Positions 24,120 through 38,881 of a stretch of 64,000 nt of DNA are shown in pieces (position 1 is the stretch's first letter; the number at the start of each line of letters is the position of its first letter). The stretch lies in contig JBHGNT010000004.1 in NCBI GenBank assembly GCA_043228905.1, positions 24,242,001 to 24,306,000 on the forward strand. Direction: 5' to 3'. The position numbers and the translations under genes are program-made. The notes under the pieces are model-generated. The model made no database searches. It worked only from the letters and a program-made list of their open reading frames with translations, and was not told the origin of the DNA. Origin of the DNA: Azolla caroliniana. Taxonomy: Eukaryota > Plantae > Polypodiophyta.

Positions 24120-25731
24120 ACCAGAAGAAAAACTTTTACTATGTCACTGTGCAACTTTCCGATATATAGGTTGTAAATATATTAGGAGACTCATTATTAT
24201 TATTAGGGTAGTGAGAAATGAATTTGTAATGTTATTTCCTTAACTTAAATTTGTTTAGTTCTGTAATCCTGCTGTCAAAATATGAATATTTTTGTTTACA
24301 CTCGGGGTGTGGAAAGTGAAAATTGTAAAACCATTTTGTCAGGGAAGGTTTTTTTCCAGAGGAAAGTGTAATAGTCTAAATATGAATGTCTTCCTTCCGT
24401 ATCCAGATATATACAATTAGGGCGATAATCTAGTGGAATTACTATATATATTCCTCATGGCCCCAATCCATATGATTAACAATCAATCCATGCTAACAAA
24501 TCATTGACAACCCTATGACATTAACATCTTGTGAGGGTCATGTGGCTTTAAATTTGGAATCATCTTCTGATTTATTTGGATGTTTTGTTGAAACTTTATA
24601 ATTAAAGATTATGTTTAGAGTTAATGCAGGTTTAACATATCTATTTTGAATGTCTACCCTCAATGGTGGATGAACTTCAAAGACCTTTCAACCCCAATGA
24701 GTTCATGATATGCATACATAACATCTCTTTGTGATAGAAAATCTTTCTATTCTTTGCACTTTTACCAAGAGGTAGTACGGAGCTCCCAGCTTAATTCACC
24801 TGTTCGTCTCCATCATCTTTTGGCTGGTCATCCCAAAAATTGTGCAGTATCTCATTAATGATTTCGCTGCGTGGAACATGGGCTACTATCATGAAGTTTC
24901 AACCCCATCAAATTTTGAGACATTGGACATGATCAAACTGAAGTATTTCAACACTTTATGAAATTACATATCCTAGTATTCTGCAGAAAATTTGGTGCAT
25001 TCTGACATTTCTCCTAAAATTTATGCAAAGGGCGAACCAAACATCAAAAAAATGAAATGTAAAACATTCACACGCCTGAGCCAATCAAAGTAAAATGTGA
25101 TGTTAAAAAAGAGTCATCATATTAGGTTAACTATAAACATGGTGTTAAAAAAGAATGACTCTGTTTACACAAAGAAATAAAGCTCAACACAAATCATTAT
25201 TGTTGCATCACTATTGGGTTTCAAGAGGCCCCAACAACACCTATCGAGATAATAATAATTGTTGCATCACTATCGAAACAATAATAATAGTCTCTCTCAG
25301 ACATGAAAATGCCACCAATAAGATCAACCGACTTAAATAAAGAGCATGTAAACTAAAGTTAATTGGTAAACCGACAAAGTTTTGTAGGATTAAAAAGCTA
25401 TGACACCAGTTCTCTCGATTCATGTTCTTGCCAAGGCAAAATCATCATTGACAAACTGCAATAGCAAAAATTGATATTACTGTTTTGATAACTCAATGCA
25501 TGGCTAAATAAATTATTTGACCTATTTTAGTGAAAAGAGTATTATTTGTGGTACAATGTGATAATGATGTATACGTATATGGAGATTAAACCATATTATA
25601 AGCATTAAATGGGATCATAAGTAATGCCTAGCAATGTCTTCATGTTATATGAAATGAGCACCACACAACATATACATTTTTCAATGAATTATTAACAATA
25701 CTTGAGTTTATATGAATTGGGTTTCAACATT

Positions 25732-28700
25732 TCAAGAATCTTTGGGACAAAGTTTGTCAAGGATCTTCTTGATGGTTTTCGCACTGTATAAGGCAACACC
25801 ACTGGACCCAGCTTCAGTGCAGCAGAAGGCATGATCATATCCTGATTTTTCGACCTCCATAACCAAACTGGGTATTTGCTTGGATATCTGCTACAAATAT
25901 GAATCTTGTTAACAATCTCGAAAAGACAAGGAACGACCTGGTAAAGACCACTCTATTAGATAGATTGCAAAATGGAATTGTTATCTCAAACAAGGTTCCT
26001 TTTTGCTTCTTTTTTCAAGAGTGTGAAGGTCCTAGATTCAGACATAGTACCTTGCATGTACAGAAATTTGGAAACTCTGTAAAGAAGTGAATGACACAAT
26101 ATAAATAAAATTTTGCATTTAAACCAATGCACGCTTGAATGAGCAAAGATCTAAAAAACTAGTTTCTTGGAGAACAATTACACAATCAATCATAGGAAAT
26201 ATTATTGATCAACACAAGAGCGTCAATTAAAAGGTATGCTTCATACATCCTTTCATAGAAATATTCTACATGAAAATAGTAATAGAATAGGCCCACCTCC
26301 TCAAACAATGTCAAAGGTCCCCAATGATCGTCCTCACCAAATAGAAGGTAAATCAGGCCTTCTTTTTCTTTAAGGAAAGTCCAATCTGGATGTGCCTGTA
26401 GCTGCAAAAAAAAAATTGTAACAGATAGAGCAGCTGATAATCTGGTGAAGAAACGCATCATTATAAGAGCCAATGACTGAGGTACAAAACCTCCAAGACC
26501 ACACACTGTGTTTGATTATGGAATGAGGAGCCATTTTACAGAATGAGAAAAATGCTGAAGATCAGTCGATGCGAAAAATAGATGTGACATTGACAATGTG
26601 ACATAATGGGTACATGCATGATATGAATCATTGTCCATCTTCTATCTCTAGCATCCCCGATTATCCACTCCCTCTATCCAACAACACATCAGTTAGATAG
26701 TTGCATGTATGGACGTTTATTCTTTATCCTGCAACAGTTTTCTTTTCTCTAAGGAATCTAGACCCACCAGTATGTTCCCCAACAAGAGACAACATTTCAG
26801 AGCGTAGAAACTACCATTAACCAAAGAGTTGAGAGCTTCAAAAACCTAAGCAAACATGTATCATTGTTACCATATAAAATGACAAAGCCAGAGGCTATCC
26901 AAAGAAAGATCTGACCAAATCAAAAGTGGACATGCAAATCAAACACAGATGGACATCCATCAGCATTAGAAGCCTTCTTTTAATACCAGAAGTAAATATT
27001 ATACTGATCGTCTATTGGGTAATGGAAGCTCCATCTCCTTAAGTACAAGTCATATGACAATATTTAAGAGAATACTGGATGCCCTATCGTATTCTTTGAT
27101 GATTTCAATAGATGCAGTACTTCAAATCTCCTCCAAGAAGAAAGGTTTCAAATATTCAACGCAAAAACAGAATCAAAAGCAAACCCGACACTATTTAGAA
27201 TCAGGTCAGATGAGCCCGCTTTGCCATTCTTCTACCACATCCTTCAAGTCCTACTCCTCTTCCCTTAGCTTGCTTAATGCTTACTCTAAATACCTTGCTG
27301 GTAATTTCTGAAATTTTCATCTCTTTCATCTTCAAACCAGCCCAAAAGAAAAATATCAAAAACATAAATGCATTCAAACAAAGAGGCCACATTGAACACG
27401 TGTTAGAAGACATACCTTTTTGAATTCAGTCATTCCCATGTATGAGAAATTGTCTACCACTGAATACTGTAGAACAGTTAAAATTTCAGCTCATAGCACA
27501 AGCATTTCTACAGTTGCAACATTCTAGCTGAAACAATGACACTCAAGCAGGCAAATCTGGCCTTCTTAGTGCAAATAAATCACTCATAAAGAAGTTTATT
27601 CAATCTTACTTGAAGCAAGTACTGGCAAGCTACATTCACAGATTCTGGGCTCCATTGTCGCCCAATAAGGACTTTAACAAGACTTTTGGAAATATTCTCT
27701 GGAAACTTTCCCAGAAGCCCAGCAAAGTGGCTCAATGTTCCACGTAGAATGCTGTGCCTGAAGTTTTAAAATAGCACCTACTCAATCGTTTTCAATAAAT
27801 AGTATTCATTGATATGGGTTGAACACGTCATCACTAGTAGAAAAGACAGAAATAGAACATGTCAATGACCTTACCTGACTGACCACCTTAAAAGAGCTTG
27901 GTATGATGAATTTGTATTTATAGCTAGAAATGGATATAGACCCACTACAAATTGGACCTGCAGGATGTCTTATGTTATTGAAACAAGATGTGGCTTCATT
28001 TTCACTTTTATATTCTTTATTGTGATGGCAGAAAATTATCCCTCTAGTCAATGAGAAATTGAACCTTATCTGCTAACTGCTTGAAGATACAAAGTGCAAT
28101 ATATGCACCAATAGAATGTCCCACCTGTATTCAAATAATATATGTGTATATATTAATTGCAGTTGATCGGCTGTAAAGAAAAGAAATTGATAATGGCTTT
28201 CTAAAGGATGTTGAAAATGTAATTTATTACCAAAAAGAGTGGGACCTTTGACTGGTATTTTTCTAAAAACTGAATCTGCATAGTCAAACAGTATGAATTC
28301 AAGTTTTATAAGCTTCAATGATATTTTATGCATTGATCTGGTAAAAAGAACCTTCACAAATTGGCCAACTAACTACGGATCAGCACCTTATTTTGGCATT
28401 CCATTAAACAAATAACAGCAAGCCTCTGCCAACAAGAGATTTCAAAAACATGGTTAACATAAGAAAGGACAAGCTTATGACCTTATGCTCGATCTGCTCT
28501 TCTAGGGAGAAACGTTTTCCATCATGCCAATCCTGCCAAAGATGGTCCAGGAATAGAAAAACATTTAAAATAATCTGATTCTACAATCATTAATTGAGAG
28601 GCAATTTCATTCCATAAAGCTTTACACCTTTTCCATAAGGCCATTTTTTCTCATTCCTGGAAACCTTGAACATGCTTCAATTAACCAAGCCAAGCACTAA

Positions 28701-30023
28701 AATAAAGTGTGTATGCACTTGTGTATGATACTTCTTAGGATGTTATACATGAATTTACAACAGCAAATAACAATTTGAATTCCTCTTTTCTGATGGAAAA
28801 ATATTACCACATGCTGGATGAAAGTAGGCCTTTACCGTAGAAGTATGACCAATATGACTAATAGCTGCGACACCCGTAAAACAGTAAATAAGATAATCAT
28901 CCTTCCTCATGAGAATAAAATGTTTCGTTAGAATGTAAAACCAATACACTTGATTCTTTGTGCTCAATAAGGAAATATAGACCTGTTATACTTGCTTCTC
29001 CATTGAAATGTTGTGATAGTGCCTCAATATAACTCTGGTAAAAAGAAACAATACCTGCATGCATAAATCCAAGATGATAATTTACAGGTGTGAAAAGCCT
29101 GAAAATGAGGGGGTATGATCCGAATTAATAAAGTAACAATGTTTGCTACAGAATGAGAATTTCAATGATACCAATCTTTGATGTATATAAACCAGGTAAA
29201 GAAACTTCATTAGGCTCTTCATTTCCATCTTACAAAAAAGCAGAAGTCTGCTTTCCTTTTCCATGATGGTGGCTGTAGTTATTGCAAGCCATTGCTTACC
29301 TGGATTCTTGAAGTCAAATTTTTCATCTACTTGGTTAAGCCTGTTACCATGCAAACCATATATGATGCATCAAGGAAATTATTACAACATTTTCGAGGAT
29401 ATTTGACCAATCACTGATGACTCGGGGTCTAAAAGTCAGGTCACAATAACGTTGTATCCCCTAGAAGGGAAACCATACATGCTGCATCAAGGAAAGTACA
29501 ACAACATTTTTCAATGCTTTTTGACCAAACATCTGATCACTGAGGGTCAAAAGGTCAGATCAACAATAGTTTTAGTCCATGGCATATTCAACTTTGCTGA
29601 GCAGCACATAAACGCTGCTTCGCAAGGAATAAAAATAAATGCATTATTAGATTATCTAGGTTCTAAATCTTTACAGAGCCGCAGCCAATCCAACTCTTAA
29701 AGCTTGAAACTACCTTCTGCCTTCTCTAGAATAACACAAACTTAGCACAAAACTGATGTCCCAATTGCAATTAAGCATCCCATGTACCTGGGTTCCCTGG
29801 AATGAAGACTATTCTTAGCTTTGGGTTTTCCGCATCAAATTCAATCACTTCAGTCATATGCCTAAGTCCAAAATCGAATATCATAAATACAGTAACCCAG
29901 CCAATATTTGAATAATTAATGAAATGATTTTTAAAAACTGGAAAGGAAAGAATACCCATTAATTTTTTCAACACGCATGGTGACATTGTTGTCAGACATG
30001 CTGCTACTGATGTTCACACTCAT
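25732..30023 (-). CDS. Lipid droplet-associated hydrolase-like alpha/beta hydrolase (LDAH/DUF2305); additional 5' exons up to ~31080 are likely
   Basis: Spliced segments: IVFIPGNPG, AISHIGH, RFSLEEQIEHK, VGHSIGAY (GxSxG nucleophile), GLYPFL, LFGEDDHWGP, HAFCCTEAGS; stop at 25732. The start codon is uncertain. Confidence 0.85.
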
Positions 30024-31140
30024 CGAGCTGTTTAAAAATCTGTTCCTTCTGAACAAAAAAATCAAGAGCTAAATTTAACTGCCAAAGAACTTCAAGGAAT
30101 CCACACACGACAATATTTATGTCATTATCTTAATTTTAAGCTAACTTTTAAGACAGTTTTACTGTGGGCTATAAGTGACAAACAGAAGTAATTATCAACA
30201 TGAATCCCATTTGCTGTTCCATCATATTCTCTAGAATATATGTTTTGGTAAAGTGATATAGTGTAAAGTCAGTAAAGAGTGTTGCAAAGAAGGGAATGGG
30301 CAAAATGGCTAATAAAACCTATCAACTAAGAAAACATTTGTGCAACAAAAATCCATAGAAGTTTGTTATTCTGGCCAAGCTGCAGAGAAATGTATATGAT
30401 GGTATGCACAGAAAGAAACCAGATTCTTTTTTCCTCCAATTTCATCATCAATGGCAATCAATTGGATGCAAGACTCTCCTTACCAGCCCAGCATAAGCAT
30501 CATCATTGGCTATCTAATACAGATGCAAGTTTTATTTTTCTTTAGACAACAAACAAATGTGTCCTGTATTCCTATGAAAAAAAATCTGGATAGGAATTCG
30601 TAATGCCATGTAAATGATATGAGAAAAAAATGCTCCATAGCAGTTTCAGACAAAACCTGCCATCATACACTAAATGCTGATTGGAGATATTTACGGAGGG
30701 AAAAAAACAGATCAAAAACCATCACTTTTCTGCTGAATTTCCTACAAATATGTGCTATTTTCTTAATATATCCTCTTATTTTCCTATGATTCTTCCACTC
30801 AATTCGTGCATGAAACGGAAATCAACCAGCCAAAAAATAAAGAAATTTTCGCAAACACCATTTGATAAAAATATAAATATTCATACAACTCGCTCGCTCG
30901 CTCGCTACCAATTGTCTCATGGGCCAAAATTTGGCCTTAGAAGACGTTAATATATCTTTCATTCTTTCTTTCTTTCTCTCAACATGAGCGCCATCATCTC
31001 TCTTTATGCGTTTGGTGTCTGCTTACCTGAGATGAGCAAAACGATGGAGAGATGGAACGGCGAATGGCAGACTGCAGACGAGATGAGTAGCAGCAGGAGT
31101 CGCACACTTCACAAAAGCGGAGGCCATAAACGAAGTGTCA

Positions 31141-31345
31141 AGTACGTACATACATACATACATACATTTTACATAGATATATACATACATTTTACATACA
31201 TCATACATACATTTTACATGCATACATACATTTTACATACATCGTACATACATTTTACATGCATACATACATTTTACATACATCATACATACATTTTACA
31301 TGCATACATACATTTTATATATTGTACATGCTACATACATACATT
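31141..31345. repeat. CATA-based minisatellite (catacatacattttacat)n
   Basis: Repeating units directly visible. Confidence 0.8.
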
Positions 31346-31584
31346 ATCAAAAAAAACCACCCGACAAGTGAAACGATGGTCCTGAACTCTCCGCAACGCG
31401 ATGTGGCGCTTGCTTGCCCATCGTGGGATGATGAAGCATCTCAAAAGACTCGCCACTAAGCTTGAGCTAGACGCACACATTTTGCACGTTCGCAACTAAA
31501 CTTAGGAGCCTGAGGTTTATGAGTACATATATCTCACTCTTGTTGTAATCATCAAAGGGTTTATTCCCATCATTGGCTATCCAA

Positions 31585-32235
31585 TAGGGATCGGCAACGG
31601 CTCGGCTCAAGCCTAAACCGTTTGGCTTAACCGGCTTGAAAATGGCTTAGCGGCTCGGCTTGAGCCTCGCCAAACCGACTCAAGCCGGCTAAACCGTTTA
31701 TAAACTTTAGAGAGAGGGGGAGAGAGACAACAATCGAGGAGAAAGAGAGAGAGAGACTACACAGAGGGGGGAGAGAGGGAGAGAGTCAAGACCACATACG
31801 TGAGAGAGGGTGGGAGGGAGAGCTTGTACAATGTATAGTATATAGTATATAGTGGATCATCTGAGAGACAGAGAGAGAGGGAGGTAGGGAGAGAGAGAAT
31901 ACAAAAGCGTTGCGCATGTTCCACTACCCATGTAGTGTAGTGTGGTTAGTGTGTGACCATACTCCATTGTCACACGTATTGTAAGTAGTGTTTTTCACAC
32001 ACATTTATTAATATAATTGTGTGTTTTCGCCCAAAGAGAGAGAGAAAGAGAGGGAGAGAGGGAGGTTTCTAAACCGGTTTCCAAGCCGTTTACCAAACTG
32101 GTTTAGCCTAAACCGGTTTGTGAACCGGCTCGGCTCGGCTTTGTTTTGAGATCCCGTAAACGGTTTAGGCTTAGCCGGTTTGGCTTGGATCAGGACAAAC
32201 CAGCTAAGCCTAAACCGAACCGTTGCCAATCCCTA
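31585..32235. mobile_element. hAT-type MITE
   Basis: TIRs tagggatcggcaacgg / ccgttgccaatcccta, 8-bp TSD ctatccaa (31577-84 and 32236-43), AAACCG/CGGCT subterminal repeats. Confidence 0.92.
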
Positions 32236-33919
32236 CTATCCAACGCACAACCAACATCTCGTAGTCCCCGACATTGTTTTCCTGTCGTTGGCTACCCAAT
32301 GCCTCTTCTTTGTGAGTCGAGCCTATGATTTCTCATGATGCTTCCAATCATTGCTCTTGAATCCCAAACTCTACAGCTAAATTGTGGCCCTCAAATCATC
32401 TCGTAAGTGATATGATGTCCCAATTTGATTGGGTTCTCATGTCATATGTCACTTCTGACATGTATTCGTTGCATTAGGCATTGTAGGCACTAACTAGCCT
32501 TACTCACTTTATTGGACATGTTCGTTTCAAGGGGAAGTAGTTGCTACACATTGGCCTAGTCATATGAGAATACTCATTTCAAACCGATATGCCATTCATT
32601 GGAAAAAGGCAAGAAAATTATATTGAGAAGTCGTGGAGATAAAGCCAACGCCGCCCCTTTGGAAGTCACAGAAAAAGAAGCAACAACTAGTGTGGGAGAG
32701 TCAAAGTCAAATTAAGACCCTTGATGGTACATCGTGAATGTGCATTGTGGAGATATAACACAATTGAAAACAAATTTACAAAAGATTGTACAATTGTACT
32801 TAAGTAATGTTCCCTACGGTCACTCTAATCAATTCGTATATAGAATGTCAACTCCTATATAGAAATTCAAAAATTTCCTTGAATTTTGAACTTCTCACAG
32901 GATAATGCAAGAAGTCTAGCCAACTAACTAAACAAGCGTCGGAAAAACAATTATTATGAAAACTTAGTAGAAGTTCATAGTCAAGAACGAATCAAACTTT
33001 TGGTGCATATTGCATGTACGTCTTGTCCACTATTTATTTTTTGAATCATGAGAAACTTCCTCATTACTTGCTACTATCTAAGAACATTTAGTTTAGATTA
33101 CAATCATGATATAATTATGCATATAGTGTATCCATCATGACATGTGTCATGTTTGGTTTCAATCGAGCACTTTACTAACCTACTTCGCTACCAACAAAAG
33201 GCGTACTTTCCCCCTTGTCCACATTTATGGGTAAACATTTTTCATATTGTTCCATAACTCGTTCAATGTGCTTTCATGTCATTTTGATAGTTTTGAAGGC
33301 CTTACTTAGATGAGTGGATGGCCAATTCTAGATTTGGTATTAATGAAAGTTGTCGAAGTAGGTTCAGGTATATTAAATGTCGACAATGAAGTCACAATAC
33401 ACTAAAGAAAAGTAGAGCTACAATACCGATATCTTATAATTTTTGAATTGGTTTCACATGTCCATCTCTATGTGCGACCTATATCGATTTCAATCCAAGA
33501 CAAATGAATTCAATTTACATGAAAAATGCCCTTGCAATGACCAACAAAAATGCGCGATACATTGCTCGCTTAGAATAGCACATGCCAACATTTCTTTTTG
33601 GTATAAATTGATACATGCACAAGAGTTGTAGCACGATCTTCTCTTATTTAGATAGGCACATCATTATGTAGTAGTAACATTGTCAAATATTGGGTATTCT
33701 GTTTGATTCATTATAAAACTTACTCACATTTTATTCATTTACCATAACTGTAGCCATACGATAATACATGTTTCATATTATTTGCTTGTGTTATTCAAAT
33801 TTCACACTGCTCTCTAATGACACTTGTTAGCCCAACACTCTTGATAACACGTGTTTTATATTACTCTCAATAGCTGCACATTTTCCGTTATTTGTCTTCT
33901 AGAATATGTAAAAGATATA

Positions 33920-34535
33920 TTTTTTTTTTTCAAAAAAACATCTACTTCCATTAGTTAAGAATGTACAAAGGAATCATTTACAACTCATATCTTACAAGAC
34001 ATCTTGCATGTCAAAGGAGAACAATGTGAAGATGAAACAACATAAAAAAACAACTCCAAAACACCACATCATTCTATGTGTATAGCATTACTCGAACACA
34101 TATTCTCCATGTGAGCCTCATACAAAACAGAATTCAGCATAGATGTCCTCCATTTGCTCCTCATGGCAGCACCCATCTAGATGTTAGGAACACTTGGAGG
34201 GAACAGCCACCACGGTGGTTGATAATTCCACTTCACTTTACCATCCATTATCTGCAGCATCGGCGAACCGCTCCATTTCCGAAGGAATCGAGCTCTAGCT
34301 TCTTCACTTGCATCAGATGGCCCTTGAAGACTTTCAAACTCACCTCACAACGTAGAAATAAGATTAAACCAAATCATCATTAAATTCTCAGCCGGTGGGG
34401 TTCGTTTACCTGCGAGGGTCTCCTTGCACCAAGATACCCACACTTGCCAGACCGTAAGGCCGACCACTAATACCCATATGTCCACGTAGCGTTCTTGTAA
34501 GAAGAATAAACCTCCTTGCGTTGCTGGTTGCACAG
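33920..34535 (-). mobile_element. 5'-truncated L1-like LINE 3' end
   Basis: Minus-strand Trp-rich ORF2 C-terminus-like text (IWVLVVGLTVWQVWVSWC..MIWFNL..KWNYQPPWWLF) followed by a poly(A) tail (T-run 33920-33930); no TSD found. Confidence 0.6.
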
Positions 34536-37010
34536 ATCCTTACTTGTACTTGTTTTAATTAGTTGATTTAATGTTCATTGAATAAATTTTATGTATATAT
34601 TCCTTCTAAACCCATATTGGGCTAGAGACAACTATGTATGTTAAGCGTAAGCGCACTATTCAATTCTTAACCTTTTTAGTTCACCCAATCAAGCATACAC
34701 AAATGATTGGAGTCAAACACCCAATCCATTGTAATGTGAGTGTGATTACTAAAGGGACAGCCCAAATATTTGCACTCCAAAATGAAGCTCCTAAAGATCC
34801 ACAATATTCTTAATTGCTCATTTAAGGGAAGGATGTATGTCTAGTTTTTAACTTTCACAAGATGGTTTCTCTTGGTTTCCTTTCCATCTATTTTATATGT
34901 TGTAGCCGCTCTATCTTTTTTTCAACTAATGGAAGGATAATTTTTTTAAGAAAAAATAACAACACAATGGAAATAAATAAATCAGAATTAAACTTCATAA
35001 GGAACCAATTATTTATTCATGCTCCCCGAGCAAAGAAAACACATCAATAAATGTTTGTGAGGTGAGAGGATAATATACACATACATTAAATCGATTGAAA
35101 TCATTCCATGAGTGTTCATAAAAAAGAGAGAGAATGAAAAGGCGAGTTTTCGATGGAGTAGAATGGCAACGATTAGTTTTCATTCAACAATGGTAGTCCT
35201 CTCCCTTTCTTGAGTCAGTGGACCTCCATATAAGATGGAACTATCATGTCCCAATTGGGATTTGTATATAACATCATATTCTGTAACATTTTATAACTAA
35301 TGGAAAGAGTTTTTTTTGGAAAAAAAAGACGAGTTTCCTTCTTTTGACTGAAAATATGTATAACAAAACCATCGTGGCACTATTGCTTGACTAAAGTCCA
35401 ATATTTATTATATTATCTCATGTTTTTTCTATGACCCCACCCCCACTATACATAACTATGCAATATATTGGTACGCAAAATGTTCAAATTCTCGTATTTG
35501 GGCGAAAGCAATTGAAGCTCCGTGATATGAAATTACATGTTCATTTGGATCACAAAACTCTCTCATCCAACATTAGGCTAGTGTGTTCCAATTTTGTATA
35601 TGTTACATGCATGCAACATAACCATAACTAACCATGATATATGCTTTCGTTGGTTTTCCCTAATCTTATGATGAGTATTGGTGACTTAATTCCGAAAGGA
35701 ATGATGTATATTTTGTAATATTCAATTATGGTGTTATATAACTATTCAGTGTGTTATCGCTTGAGCAGTTCACGTAAAGCAGTGAAGTTTGACCACGTTA
35801 GAGCATATATACAACTCGCTTCAATCCTTGATCATATGGGGCATTGAGGAGGTTCGGGTTTGTCTCATATTGTTGCTAGGGGGTGGGTAGGAGATATTGG
35901 CACCCCTCTTTCGTTTCTTTGATCTATAATTTTTTGTGTTTTGCTTAAATAATTAGTTACGCTCTAACAATATGGTGAAATGAATTGTATCATATGGATG
36001 GAACTGCTCTTGTCCACATCTACGATGTCATGCTCCATAACTTCTTAGATTCAAACTCTATTATGATTCTTGGTATGCAAAAGAAGTATTGACATCATAA
36101 AAACATGGTCGAAGAAGAGGATAGACATGGTTGTTTGGGTCAACCATTTCACCCCTTAAGCATATGTATACACATGCTTTCTATGCAATACATTGTATTA
36201 CCAGTGTGAGGTGAAAACCCAAAGAAAATGATTTGAACATGGCAATATACCTATATGCATATTAGATTTTAGAAACATTGTATATATATCAAAACATTTC
36301 TATGCTAACTAGAGACAAAATAACCAGTAAGTTGTTTATGGCAAAATAACCAGTAATATCGAAACATTCAAAAAATCGTGAAAACATAAAAGTCCATCGT
36401 GTTAGAAGTACATAGGTTGACTATACATTATGAGCCTACGCTCACACACACACACACACACATCTCATGCATAGCTAATATCAATTATCCATCTAAGTGC
36501 TTGAACTTAAGATGATATATAATCCAAGCTCAAGACAAACACAAGTAAGTGTATGAGGCTCAAGACAAGTTAAATTTCATGCTTGCTTCACAAGCAAAAT
36601 CCATGTTAAGAGTATGAGGCTAATAACTTCTAGCCTTGTAATAGAGTGACAAAACAAATTAAATTCACACTTATCATGGTATTGCCAAAACACTTAGAGG
36701 TTTCTACAAGAGCTCGACAAAACTCTTAGCAAACAATCTTGAACGTTCATCGCATGCAATGGAAAGAGGTTGTACTCAGTCCAATCTAGTTTTTCTAGTT
36801 AGTTTGCAACATGCAAAGGTCTCATGATTGTATTAAATATTGGCAACGATAGTCTTCACAAGTTCATTTTACTTGAGTGGTCATGTAGACAATCTTTGTA
36901 TGATTGCCTAAAGTTATACATTACTATATCGAGGATTTATGGATTATGGAGGATCAAGGAATTCAATATCATCAACTTCACTATCATAGCCTAGGCCCTA
37001 TAGTCCGATT

Positions 37011-38347
37011 TAGGGCCTGAATTTGACGGTTTAGTCTTTAAGTTATTTGACGGACATTTTTTAAAGATGTATGTCATATGACATGAGAGTGCAAAAACTA
37101 AGATGTCATTTGACATACAAGTTTTAATAATGAAAAGCTCTATATGATGCTTCGTTATTATACATTTTATTACTATAGAAAATACACAAAGATACACAAA
37201 TAAACATAACTACCTGACAAAGATAATGAAATCATACAAAAAAATATATACAAATTGAATACTTAATCATCATATATTTCTTAAAGCCCAAAAAATACAA
37301 AAAAATATTTGTCATACCGTGATTCCTCATATTACGCATTGTGCAATATGTATGTGTCTACTTCAATGATATTATCCTTCTCTCTTTCTCTTCAAACCAA
37401 AGGTTAAATATATCCCTCCAACAAATGTTTGATGTCTCCTAAAATTCCTCTAGCATTACTTGTGCATATTAATAGTTCATCCAATCAACAATCAAATATA
37501 ATAACCTCATCACAACCATACTCCTTGATATCTATGGGTTCAACCAATCAACAATCAGACCTATCTCACCTCCTCCATGCTTTCCATGGCTTTCAATAAG
37601 TCCATATTGGACAAACATATGTAACTAATCTCTCTAATTGCTTAGTCCTTATCCCATTCCACTTTGTCATACACGCTTCTCATGAGCAATCTTCAAAGAA
37701 AAAAGATTCAATAAAATAGGAAAACAGAGAAAATAGAGAGAAAGAGAAAAAAAGAGACAAAATACATACTTCAGAGTGGTGTAGTGGCAAACAGTAGATG
37801 TCGTGCAATCACTGAGAAGTGACAGGGAGCAACGAGTAGTGGGCGAGCTGGGAGCAATGGGTAACAACCAAGGAACAGGGAGTAGCGATGAAGGAAAGCA
37901 ACGAGCAACGCGTGAAGAAGGAACAGGAAGCGTAAAGAAGGAAGCAAAAAAAGAGAAAACAGGGGGGAATTTGGGAATGAAACATTGGAAGAAATATACA
38001 ATATAAATATTTTCATATACTATAGAAATAGCCGACTCATCTGACTAGATTCTAGTTGGTTGAAAATCCTGTCTGGAATCGATTCCGGCTATCCATAATG
38101 GTTGCCGCTGGTCGGGAAAAGTCCTGACTCCCAATTCAACCTTTGCCCAACATTATAATATATGTATATGACATGGAAATTAAATTTTTAGCATGTCATT
38201 TGACATGTATAATTTTTGGGCGCCTTTCACATGAAAAATGAAAATTGTAAGTTTATATGTCACTTGACGGACATTTTTATTGGGTGTATGTTTTTGACGG
38301 GCAAAATGGCCTTAGATGGGCATGACACCCGTCAAATTCCTGCCTTG
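37011..38347. mobile_element. Non-autonomous hAT element (1.3 kb)
   Basis: Imperfect TIRs tagggcctgaatttgacgg / ccgtcaaattcctgccttg, exact 8-bp TSD gtccgatt (37003-10 and 38348-55), subterminal ttgacgg/tgtcatttgaca repeats. Confidence 0.85.
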
Positions 38348-38826
38348 GTCCGATTCATGAAACGTGATTATAAACTTTCTTGTGTTATAACATGGGATAA
38401 GTCAATGATTCAATCTTATAGAAACTATGAGACCTACGCAATTTTGATGCCTCGTACAAGGAAAATAACCCGTACAATCAGTAAAGCTTGAAAGATCGGG
38501 GCAATCATGGTACAAGTTCTAACCCAAGCCGCAAGGTGTTGTGCCCGAGTTACGATCCCCAGGTACAACACACGCGCTCTTTACGGTTGCAGAGCTTAAA
38601 GCCATATTATAGTATGTAGTTGTGCTCTTTCGATCGATCGATCGATCGATCAATCCGTCACGAGACCTCCAAATCTCTTCTTCTAAGTTCTCCCTTGTAA
38701 GTTTCAATCCCTCAAGAAGCATATATGTACATATACGGTATGTACATACATACATAATACATATAATGATATACATATGATATATCAATATGTATGAATG
38801 AATAATGTAAGTATGTTATTTCCTAA

Positions 38827-38881
38827 TTTGCCCGCCAAGCTCAATTCTCCCGCCAAATCCAAATCTGAACTTTCCCGCCAA
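38827..38881 (+). promoter_or_regulatory. Cluster of three E2F-type sites in the SLBP promoter
   Basis: tttgcccgccaa, ttctcccgccaaa and tttcccgccaa within 55 bp, 220-280 bp upstream of the ATG; telo-boxes (aaacccta) follow at ~38962 and ~39018. Confidence 0.75.

Noticed and set aside
24760-25070. MITE-like sequence between RLK copy B and the LDAH-like gene
   Set aside because: Termini and TSD not identifiable.
32400-33900. Possible decayed transposase
   Set aside because: No motif, TIR or TSD could be supported by eye.
38575-38596. gctctttacggttgcagagc resembling the histone stem-loop GGCTCTTTTCAGAGCC
   Set aside because: It has only a 5-bp stem and a 10-nt loop instead of the fixed 6-bp stem and 4-nt loop, and it is not in a histone 3' UTR; likely chance.
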